Assembly (NCBI GenBank): GCA_032718475.1
Contig: JAUCBJ010006054.1
Coordinates: forward strand, 11,789 to 75,788
Length of the DNA stretch: 64,000 bases
Direction of reading: 5' to 3'
Source of the DNA: Nemertoderma westbladi
Taxonomy: Eukaryota > Animalia > Xenacoelomorpha
Shown here: positions 48,000 to 58,802 of the stretch, piece by piece
Layout of the letters: every line of letters begins with the position of its first letter
Numbering within the stretch: the first letter of the stretch is position 1
The notes under the pieces: model-generated
Told to the model about the DNA's origin: nothing
What the model saw: the letters and a program-made list of their open reading frames with translations, nothing else
Databases searched by the model: none
Made by a program: the position numbers and the translations under genes

Positions 48000-50900
48000 C
48001 ACGTACCATCAGCTCCAAATATCATGTATTAATAAACACGTACCATCAGCTCCAAATAACAATGTACTAATAAACACGTACCATCAGCTCCAAATATCAA
48101 TGTACTAATAAACGTACCATCAGCTCCAAATAACAATGTACTAATAAACACGTTCCATCAGCTCCAAATAACAATGTACTAATAAACGTACCATCAGCTC
48201 CAAATAACAATGTACTAATAAACACGTACCATCAGCTCCAAATAACAATGTACTAATAAACACGTACCATCAGCTCCAAATAACAATGTACTAATAAACA
48301 CGTACCATCAGCTCCAAATATCAATGTACTAATAAACGTACCATCAGCTCCAAATAACAATGTACTAATAAACACGTACCATCAGCTCCAAATATCAATG
48401 TACTAATAAAAGTATCATCAGCTCCAAATAACAATGTACTAATAAACACGTACCATCAGCTCCAAATATCATGTATTAATAAACACGCACCATCAGCTCC
48501 AAATAACAATGTACTATTAAACACGTACCATCAGCTCCAAATATCAATGTACTAATAAACGTACCATCAGCTCCAAATAACAATGTACTAATAAACACGT
48601 ACCATCAGCTCCAAATATCAATGTACTAATAAACGTACCATCAGCTCCAAATAACAATGTACTAATAAACACGTACCATCAGCTCCAAAAATCAATGTAC
48701 TAATAAAAGTATCATTAGCTCCAAATAACAATGTACTAATAAACACGTACCATCAGCTCCAAATATCATGTATTAATAAACACGCACCATCAGCTCCAAA
48801 TAACAATGTACTATTAAACACGTACCATCAGCTCCAAATAACAATGTACTAATAAACACGTACCATCAGCTCCAAATATCAATGTACTAATAAAAGTATC
48901 ATCAGCTCCAAATAACAATGTACTAATAAACACGTACCATCAGCTCCAAATATCATGTATTAATAAACACGCACCATCAGCTCCAAATAACAATGTACTA
49001 ATAAACACGTACCATCAGCTCCAAATAACAATGTACTAATAAACACGTACCATCAGCTCCAAATAACAATGTACTAATAAACACGTACCATCAGCTCCAA
49101 ATAACAATGTACTAATAAACACGTACCATCAGCTCCAAATAACAATGTACTAATAAACGTACCATCAGCTCCAAATAACAATGTACTAATAAACACGTAC
49201 CATCAGCTCCAAATATCATGTATTAATAAACACGTACCATCAGCTCCAAATAACAATGTACTAATAAACACGTACCATCAGCTCCAAATAACAATGTACT
49301 AATAAACACGTACCATCAGCTCCAAATATCATGTATTAATAAACACGTACCATCAGCTCCAAATAACAATGTACTAATAAACGTACCATCAGCTCCAAAT
49401 AACAATGTACTAATAAACACGTACCATCAGCTCCAAATATCATGTATTAATAAACACGTACCATCAGCTCCAAATAACAATGTACTAATAAACACGTACC
49501 ATCAGCTCCAAATATCAATGTACTAATAAACGTACCATCAGCTCCAAATAACAATGTACTAATAAACACGTTCCATCAGCTCCAAATAACAATGTACTAA
49601 TAAACACGTACCATCAGCTCCAAATATCATGTATTAATAAACACGTACCATCAGCTCCAAATAACAATGTACTAATAAACGTACCATCAGCTCCAAATAA
49701 CAATGTACTAATAAACACGTACCATCAGCTCCAAATATCATGTATTAATAAACACGTACCATCAGCTCCAAATAACAATGTACTAATAAACACGTACCAT
49801 CAGCTCCAAATATCAATGTACTAATAAACGTACCATCAGCTCCAAATAACAATGTACTAATAAACACGTTCCATCAGCTCCAAATAACAATGTACTAATA
49901 AACACGTACCATCAGCTCCAAATATCATGTATTAATAAACACGTTCCATCAGCTCCAAATAACAATGTACTAATAAACACGTACCATCAGCTCCAAATAT
50001 CAATGTACTAATAAACGTACCATCAGCTCCAAATAACAATGTACTAATAAACACGTTCCATCAGCTCCAAATAACAATGTACTAATAAACGTACCATCAG
50101 CTCCAAATAACAATGTACTAATAAACACGTACCATCAGCTCCAAATAACAATGTACTAATAAACACGTACCATCAGCTCCAAATAACAATGTACTAATAA
50201 ACACGTACCATCAGCTCCAAATATCAATGTACTAATAAACGTACCATCAGCTCCAAATAACAATGTACTAATAAACACGTACCATCAGCTCCAAATATCA
50301 ATGTACTAATAAAAGTATCATCAGCTCCAAATAACAATGTACTAATAAACACGTACCATCAGCTCCAAATATCATGTATTAATAAACACGCACCATCAGC
50401 TCCAAATAACAATGTACTATTAAACACGTACCATCAGCTCCAAATATCAATGTACTAATAAACGTACCATCAGCTCCAAATAACAATGTACTAATAAACA
50501 CGTACCATCAGCTCCAAATATCAATGTACTAATAAACGTACCATCAGCTCCAAATAACAATGTACTAATAAACACGTACCATCAGCTCCAAAAATCAATG
50601 TACTAATAAAAGTATCATTAGCTCCAAATAACAATGTACTAATAAACACGTACCATCAGCTCCAAATATCATGTATTAATAAACACGCACCATCAGCTCC
50701 AAATAACAATGTACTATTAAACACGTACCATCAGCTCCAAATAACAATGTACTAATAAACACGTACCATCAGCTCCAAATATCAATGTACTAATAAAAGT
50801 ATCATCAGCTCCAAATAACAATGTACTAATAAACACGTACCATCAGCTCCAAATATCATGTATTAATAAACACGCACCATCAGCTCCAAATAACAATGTA

Positions 50901-51850
50901 CTAATAAACACGTACCATCAGCTCCAAATAACAATGTACTAATAAACACGTACCATCAGCTCCAAATAACAATGTACTAATAAACACGTACCATCAGCTC
51001 CAAATAACAATGTACTAATAAACACGTACCATCAGCTCCAAATAACAATGTACTAATAAACGTACCATCAGCTCCAAATAACAATGTACTAATAAACACG
51101 TACCATCAGCTCCAAATATCATGTATTAATAAACACGTACCATCAGCTCCAAATAACAATGTACTAATAAACACGTACCATCAGCTCCAAATAACAATGT
51201 ACTAATAAACACGTACCATCAGCTCCAAATATCATGTATTAATAAACACGTACCATCAGCTCCAAATAACAATGTACTAATAAACGTACCATCAGCTCCA
51301 AATAACAATGTACTAATAAACACGTACCATCAGCTCCAAATATCATGTATTAATAAACACGTACCATCAGCTCCAAATAACAATGTACTAATAAACACGT
51401 ACCATCAGCTCCAAATATCAATGTACTAATAAACGTACCATCAGCTCCAAATAACAATGTACTAATAAACACGTTCCATCAGCTCCAAATAACAATGTAC
51501 TAATAAACACGTACCATCAGCTCCAAATATCATGTATTAATAAACACGTACCATCAGCTCCAAATAACAATGTACTAATAAACGTACCATCAGCTCCAAA
51601 TAACAATGTACTAATAAACACGTACCATCAGCTCCAAATATCATGTATTAATAAACACGTACCATCAGCTCCAAATAACAATGTACTAATAAACACGTAC
51701 CATCAGCTCCAAATATCAATGTACTAATAAACGTACCATCAGCTCCAAATAACAATGTACTAATAAACACGTTCCATCAGCTCCAAATAACAATGTACTA
51801 ATAAACACGTACCATCAGCTCCAAATATCATGTATTAATAAACACGTTCC
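48000..51850 (+). repeat. ~1.9-kb tandem duplication within the satellite; boundaries approximate
   Basis: The rare compound variant CCAAAAATCAATG...AAAAGTATCATTAGC occurs at 48685 and 50588 (offset 1903), with matching flanking variant order. Confidence 0.8.
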
Positions 51851-54800
51851 ATCAGCTCCAAATAACAATGTACTAATAAACACGCACCATCAGCTCCAAA
51901 TATCATGTATTAATAAACACGTACCATCAGCTCCAAATAACAATGTATTAATAAACACGTACCATCAGCTCTAAATATCATGTATTAATAAACACGTACC
52001 ATCAGCTCTAAATATCATGTATTAATAAACACGTACCATCAGCTCCAAATATCATGTATTAATAAACACGTACCATCAGCTCCAAATAACAATGTACTAA
52101 TAAACACGTACCATCAGCTCCAAATATCATGTATTAATAAACACGTACCATCAGCTCCAAATAACAATGTACTAATGAACACGTACCATCAGCTCCAAAT
52201 ATCAATGTACTAATAAACGTACCATCAGCTCCAAATAACAATGTACTAATAAACACGTTCCATCAGCTCCAAATAACAATGTACTAATAAACACGTACCA
52301 TCAGCTCCAAATAACAATGTACTAATAAACGTACCATCAGCTCCAAATAACAATGTACTAATAAACACGTACCATCAGCTCCAAATATCATTGTACTAAT
52401 AAACACGTTCCATCAGCTCCAAATAACAATGTACTAATAAACACGTACCATCAGCTCCAAATATCATGTATTAATAAACACGTACCATCAGCTCCAAATA
52501 ACAATGTACTAATAAACGTACCATCAGCTCCAAATAACAATGTACTAATAAACACGTACCATCAGCTCCAAATAGCAATGTACTAATAAACGTACCATCA
52601 GCTCCAAATATCATGTATTAATAAACACGTACCATCAGCTCCAAATAACAATGTACTAATAAACACGTTCCATCAGCTCCAAATAACAATGTACTAATAA
52701 ACACGTACCATCAGCTCCAAATAACAATGTACTAATAAACGTTCCATCAGCTCCAAATAACAATGTACTAATAAACACGTTCCATCAGCTCCAAATAACA
52801 ATGTACTAATAAACACGTACCATCAGCTCCAAATAACAATGTACTAATAAACACGTACCATCAGCTCCAAATAACAATGTACTAATAAACACGTACCATC
52901 AGCTCCAAATAACAATGTACTAATAAACACGTACCATCAGCTCCAAATAACAATGTACTAATAAACGTACCATCAGCTCCAAATAACAATGTACTAATAA
53001 ACGTACCATCAGCTCCAAATAACAATGTACTAATAAACACGTTCCATCAGCTCCAAATATCATGTACTAATAAACACGTACCATCAGCTCCAAATAACAA
53101 TGTACTAATAAACACGTACCATCAGCTCCAAATATCATGTATTAATAAACACGTACCATCAGCTCCAAATATCATGTATTAATAAACACGTACCATCAGC
53201 TCCAAATATCATGTATTAATAAACACGTACCATCAGCTCCAAATATCATGTATTAATAAACACGTACCATCAGCTCCAAATATCAATGTACTAATAAACG
53301 TACCATCAGCTCCAAATATCAATGTACTAATAAACACGTACCATCAGCTCCAAATATCATGTATTAATAAACACGTACCATCAGCTCCAAATAACAATGT
53401 ACTAATAAACGTACCATCAGCTCCAAATAACAATGTACTAATAAACACGTACCATCAGCTCCAAATAACAATGTACTAATAAAGACGTACCATCAGCTCC
53501 AAATATCATGTATTAATAAACACGTACCATCAGCTCCAAATATCATGTATTAATAAACACGTACCATCAGCTCCAAATAACAATGTACTAATAAAGACGT
53601 ACCATCAGCTCCAAATATCATGTATTAATAAACACGTACCATCAGCTCCAAATATCATGTATTAATAAACACGTACCATCAGCTCCAAATAACAATGTAC
53701 TAATAAACACGTACCATCAGCTCCAAATATCAATGTACTAATAAACACGTACCATCAGCTCCAAATATCATGTATTAATAAACACGTACCATCAGCTCCA
53801 AATAACAATGTACTAATAAACACGTACCATCAGCTCCAAATATCAATGTACTAATAAACGTACCATCAGCTCCAAATAACAATGTACTAATAAACACGTA
53901 CCATCAGCTCCAAATAACAATGTACTAATAAACACGTACCATCAGCTCCAAATAACAATGTACTAATAAACGTACCATCAGCTCCAAATATCAATGTACT
54001 AATAAACACGTACCATCAGCTCCAAATATCATGTATTAATAAACACGTACCATCAGCTCCAAATAACAATGTACTAATAAACGTACCATCAGCTCCAAAT
54101 AACAATGTACTAATAAACACGTACCATCAGCTCCAAATAACAATGTACTAATAAACACGTACCATCAGCTCCAAATAACAATGTACTAATAAACACGTAC
54201 CATCAGCTCCAAATAACAATGTACTAATAAACGTACCATCAGCTCCAAATAACATGTATTAATAAACACGTACCATCAGCTCCAAATAACAATGTACTAA
54301 TAAACACGTACCATCAGCTCCAAATAACAATGTACTAATAAACACGTACCATCAGCTCCAAATAACAATGTACTAATAAACACGTACCATCAGCTCCAAA
54401 TAACAATGTACTAATAAACACGTACCATCAGCTCCAAATATCATGTATTAATAAATACGTACCATCAGCTCTAAATAACAATGTACTAATAAACACGTAC
54501 CATCAGCTCCAAATAACAATGTACTAATAAACACGTACCATCAGCTCCAAATAACAATGTACTAATAAACACGTACCATCAGCTCCAAATAACAATGTAC
54601 TAATAAACACGTACCATCAGCTCCAAATAACAATGTACTAATAAACACGTACCATCAGCTCCAAATAACAATGTACTAATAAACACGTACCATCAGCTCC
54701 AAATAACAATGTACTAATAAACACGTACCATCAGCTCCAAATAACAATGTACTAATAAACACGTACCATCAGCTCCAAATAACAATGTACTAATAAACAC

Positions 54801-56481
54801 GTACCATCAGCTCCAAATAACAATGTACTAATAAACACGTACCATCAGCTCCAAATAACAATGTACTAATAAACACGTACCATCAGCTCCAAATAACAAT
54901 GTACTAATAAACACGTACCATCAGCTCCAAATATCATGTATTAATAAACACGTACCATCAGCTCCAAATAACAATGTACTAATAAACACGTACCATCAGC
55001 TCCAAATAACAATGTACTAATAAACACGTACCATCAGCTCCAAATAACAATGTACTAATAAACACGTACCATCAGCTCCAAATATCATGTATTAATAAAT
55101 ACGTACCATCAGCTCTAAATAACAATGTACTAATAAACACGTACCATCAGCTCCAAATAACAATGTACTAATAAACACGTACCATCAGCTCCAAATAACA
55201 ATGTACTAATAAACACGTACCATCAGCTCCAAATAACAATGTACTAATAAACACGTACCATCAGCTCCAAATAACAATGTACTAATAAACACGTACCATC
55301 AGCTCCAAATAACAATGTACTAATAAACACGTACCATCAGCTCCAAATAACAATGTACTAATAAACACGTACCATCAGCTCCAAATAACAATGTACTAAT
55401 AAACACGTACCATCAGCTCCAAATAACAATGTACTAATAAACACGTACCATCAGCTCCAAATAACAATGTACTAATAAACACGTACCATCAGCTCCAAAT
55501 AACAATGTACTAATAAACACGTACCATCAGCTCCAAATAACAATGTACTAATAAACACGTACCATCAGCTCCAAATAACAATGTACTAATAAACACGTAC
55601 CATCAGCTCCAAATAACAATGTACTAATAAACACGTACCATCAGCTCCAAATATCATGTATTAATAAATACGTACCATCAGCTCTAAATAACAATGTACT
55701 AATAAACACGTACCATCAGCTCCAAATAACAATGTACTAATAAACACGTTCCATCAGCTCCAAATAACAATGTACTAATAAACACGTACCATCAGCTCCA
55801 AATAACAATGTACTAATAAACACGTACCATCAGCTCCAAATAACAATGTACTAATAAACACGTACCATCAGCTCCAAATAACAATGTACTAATAAACACG
55901 TACCATCAGCTCCAAATAACAATGTACTAATAAACACGTACCATCAGCTCCAAATAACAATGTACTAATAAACACGTACCATCAGCTCCAAATAACAATG
56001 TACTAATAAACACGTACCATCAGCTCCAAATAACAATGTACTAATAAACGTACCATCAGCTCCAAATAACATGTATTAATAAACACGTACCATCAGCTCC
56101 AAATAACAATGTACTAATAAACACGTACCATCAGCTCCAAATAACAATGTACTAATAAACACGTACCATCAGCTCCAAATAACAATGTACTAATAAACAC
56201 GTACCATCAGCTCCAAATAACAATGTACTAATAAACACGTACCATCAGCTCCAAATAACAATGTACTAATAAACACGTACCATCAGCTCCAAATAACAAT
56301 GTACTAATAAACGTACCATCAGCTCCAAATAACAATGTACTAATAAACACGTACCATCAGCTCCAAATAACAATGTACTAATAAACACGTACCATCAGCT
56401 CCAAATAACAATGTACTAATAAACGTACCATCAGCTCCAAATAACAATGTACTGATAAACACGTACCATCAGCTCCAAATA

Positions 56482-56492
56482 ACAATGTACTA
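56482..56492 (+). repeat. Target-site duplication, left copy (ACAATGTACTA)
   Basis: Identical to 58792-58802. The last 5 nt (TACTA) are ambiguous between target and element tail, so the TSD is 6-11 bp. Confidence 0.88.
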
Positions 56493-56498
56493 CTACTA
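56488..56498 (-). other. LINE 3' microsatellite tail (TAG)3-TA, no poly(A)
   Basis: The minus strand reads ...GCCGATCC TAGTAGTAGTA CATTGT. Short tandem-repeat tails are known for RTE, CR1 and L2 clade elements. Confidence 0.8.
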
Positions 56499-58791
56499 GG
56501 ATCGGCATGCTGCATTGCAGCTGCATTTTTAAGAATGCTGTGCCGGCTTGTCAACAAAATTGCACCGCCACAACTCCCTATCACCCATGACATTTGCTAG
56601 ATCATCTGCATCTTTAAGGCCAGTGTCCTTTAAGATGCGTCTCAAGAAAGTCATGGGCTGTCCACCATGCTTATTCACTCCATGAGGCTGCCAAAGTACA
56701 AGATTATGCACTGGCTGGTCCTCACGGCGAAAGCAATGTCCTGCAAAGCGGAGGCGATTTTGTTCTAGTGTCAAGCTTGGGGGAACCAATGAGACACCTC
56801 CAATGTTATATAGTGTCTGGTTGGAGATGTGTGCATTGTACTTGACACAATGTACCCGGCGTAGCATTCTTGTGAATGTGCCATCCAGAGATTTGGTGTC
56901 CTCAGCAGTTAGAGCCCAGCATGGACTCCCGTAGAGGAGTACTGGAACTACTGCTGCTCTAAATAATCGGACCTTAAGTTTCCGATTAATTCTAGGTGAC
57001 TTCCAAATCCTGGAAAGCCTATTCAAGGCTGCCCATGCCTTTCCCTTACGTATTCGAAGGTCCTCACCTGACTTCCGGATCCATGATCCCAGGTAACAGA
57101 AGTCGTCCACATGCTCAAGCATACCATCCTTTAAGCTTATGCTCATCCGATCAGAGACTTGCTGAGGACTTTCAAAGTTAACTGTCAGAATTTTGGTCTT
57201 TCTGGAGTTAATAAAAAGACCAACACTAGAAGCAGCATGTTCTAATGAGCTGAGGAGCCGCTGGGCTCCCTCTAATGATTCTGAGAGTACTCCTAAGTCA
57301 TCAGCAAAGTCTAGATCAGTTAGGTACTTGGCAGGATTTCCTCGACTTCTGGAGCCAGTAGGTGGAGTTATCATCACCCCATCATCATTATGATGATCTA
57401 AGGACATGCGTAGAACATAGTCAACCACAATAATGAACAAGAATGGTGCAAGTGTGTCTCCTTGGAGGACGCCCCATAACACTTCAAATGGTTCTGTGTC
57501 ACCGTCAACAGTAGACACAAATGTTGTCGAACCATCGTATACTGATCTGATTGCTGCAATAATTTCATCAGGAATCCCATATAATGAAAGTATGCTGAAC
57601 ATACGTGAGCGAGAGACTGAATCAAAGGCCTTGAAGAAGTCAACAAAGATAACAGCCAGATGCCTGTCTTTCTTTTTTGATAACTCTTCAATTATCCTTC
57701 TAAGTGCCAAAATGGGCTCCATGGTCCCACGACCTTTACGGAACCCATTCTGATTTCCACGTAGCAGTCTCTCAATTGGATCCCTGATGCGATTTAATAG
57801 AATTCTATTGTATAGTTTTGCAGCAATCGAGATCAATGAGATTCCCCGAAAAGAACCATAGAGTGTTAGGTTGCCCTTCTTGGGAACTGGCACCAACTTA
57901 TTTGTTTTCATTTCTTGTGGGACTCGTGTTGTACGGTACATGTCTACTATGATGGGATAGATGAGCTTTAAACACTCAGGTATTTTAAAGACCTCAGGGG
58001 GAACACCATCTACTCCACTGGCACGATTGGTCTTAATGCTCTTTGCAGCAGCCTTCACTTCTGCAAAGGAGATATCGCCAATGGGAATATCTGGGAGTAC
58101 AGACTCAGACACTTTTACTTCTATAAAGTTATCAGGCAATACCCTGTCATTATTAAGGAGCTTTTCAAAGTGGGCTTTCCAACCATTGAGGCGATCGGCT
58201 GGTGATTCAGCCTTAACCTTGGTGGTTGGTTGGCTTTTCCGCCCAGTAAGCAGATTGATCGATTTCCATGCTTGGAATGATTGCCTGCTGTCGTCAGCAT
58301 CATTGATGGCATCAACCTGTTGGTTTATTAGCTCCTGTAGATTAACAGAGTACTGCCTGTTCAGGGACCTAGATGCAGCTTTAACTGCATTCTTGGCCGC
58401 TGTAGTCTGTTTGAGTCGGGACTCTTTCTGCGCCTTATGAAGGTCATTTCGGCACTTCTGAATTTTGTTGTCAGTCCAGGGGGCCCTTTTCCTGTTTCGA
58501 GGGTATACAGGAACTGTTTCTGCAGCTGCTAACTTAACTGCTTCTGTAAAGGCAGTATAGCCCTCACAGTGATCTGCCGCCTCAGAGGCAAGAGCCTCAT
58601 ACCTGTTGCTCAGCTGTAGTGTGAAGCTGGATCTCACACTTGGCTGTTGCAACAGAGAGGACCAGTCATGCCGTGGCAAGGCAGATTTCGTTGTTCTGCT
58701 AGCACGCAGACTAAGTCTTACCTTGGCCACAATAAGGCGGTGATCACTGGAGAAGGGTCGAAGTGTAAATGCATTACAGTCTTGTATAGAG
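56493..58791 (-). mobile_element. 5'-truncated non-LTR retrotransposon (LINE), probably RTE clade, ~2.3 kb
   Basis: Unique, more GC-balanced sequence interrupting one satellite monomer. It carries an RT ORF, a short 3' UTR ending in (TAG)n and a flanking direct repeat ACAATGTACTA, with no LTRs. Clade inferred from the APE+RT layout, absence of a C-terminal CCHC knuckle or RNase H, and the RLRFAGH...DRELWR C-terminus. Confidence 0.93.
56529..58790 (-). CDS. LINE polyprotein, N-terminally truncated: APE endonuclease C-terminal remnant, linker, complete reverse transcriptase domain and C-terminal region
   Basis: RT motifs FRGISLISIAAKLYNRILLNRI, QNGFRKGRGT, FVDFFKAFDSV, GVLQGDTLAPFLF, catalytic FADD (57297-57308), GLFINSRKTK and FCYLGS. 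My manual translation upstream of the track's GTG (58730) stays open to the junction: SIQDCNAFTLRPFSSDHRLIVAKVRL. The GTG is therefore an internal Val, not a true start. Stop TAA at 56529-56531. Confidence 0.93.
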   Translation of the reverse strand, partial: SIQDCNAFTLRPFSSDHRLIVAKVRLSLRASRTTKSALPRHDWSSLLQQPSVRSSFTLQLSNRYEALASEAADHCEGYTAFTEAVKLAAAETVPVYPRNRKRAPWTDNKIQKCRNDLHKAQKESRLKQTTAAKNAVKAASRSLNRQYSVNLQELINQQVDAINDADDSRQSFQAWKSINLLTGRKSQPTTKVKAESPADRLNGWKAHFEKLLNNDRVLPDNFIEVKVSESVLPDIPIGDISFAEVKAAAKSIKTNRASGVDGVPPEVFKIPECLKLIYPIIVDMYRTTRVPQEMKTNKLVPVPKKGNLTLYGSFRGISLISIAAKLYNRILLNRIRDPIERLLRGNQNGFRKGRGTMEPILALRRIIEELSKKKDRHLAVIFVDFFKAFDSVSRSRMFSILSLYGIPDEIIAAIRSVYDGSTTFVSTVDGDTEPFEVLWGVLQGDTLAPFLFIIVVDYVLRMSLDHHNDDGVMITPPTGSRSRGNPAKYLTDLDFADDLGVLSESLEGAQRLLSSLEHAASSVGLFINSRKTKILTVNFESPQQVSDRMSISLKDGMLEHVDDFCYLGSWIRKSGEDLRIRKGKAWAALNRLSRIWKSPRINRKLKVRLFRAAVVPVLLYGSPCWALTAEDTKSLDGTFTRMLRRVHCVKYNAHISNQTLYNIGGVSLVPPSLTLEQNRLRFAGHCFRREDQPVHNLVLWQPHGVNKHGGQPMTFLRRILKDTGLKDADDLANVMGDRELWRCNFVDKPAQHS

Positions 58792-58802
58792 ACAATGTAC
58801 TA
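58792..58802 (+). repeat. Target-site duplication, right copy (ACAATGTACTA)
   Basis: Removing 56493-58802 restores an intact A38 monomer (AAATAACAATGTACTA|ATAAACAC). Confidence 0.88.

Larger units (their letters stand above)
1..56492 (+). repeat. Tandem satellite array (35-38 bp monomers, head-to-tail), left arm; runs to the window start
   Basis: Continuous repeats with near-invariant core GTACCATCAGCTCCAAATA followed by ACAATGTACTAATAAAC(AC), TCATGTATTAATAAAC(AC) or recombinant forms. A38 has 17 A, 10 C, 8 T, 3 G (34% GC). No unique spacers and no inversion seen. Confidence 0.99.

Noticed and set aside
1-56492. CRISPR array (repeat length 36-38 bp)
   Set aside because: The repeats abut directly with no unique spacers, and there is no leader or cas gene. 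The adjacent RT is a non-LTR retrotransposon type, not RT-Cas1.
56529-58730. RT as a retron, DGR, group II intron, telomerase or Penelope enzyme that synthesises the repeat array
   Set aside because: The APE SDH remnant, LINE-type motifs, TSD, 5' truncation and repeat tail all indicate a secondary insertion into an existing monomer. I see no copy of the monomer inside the element to act as a template.
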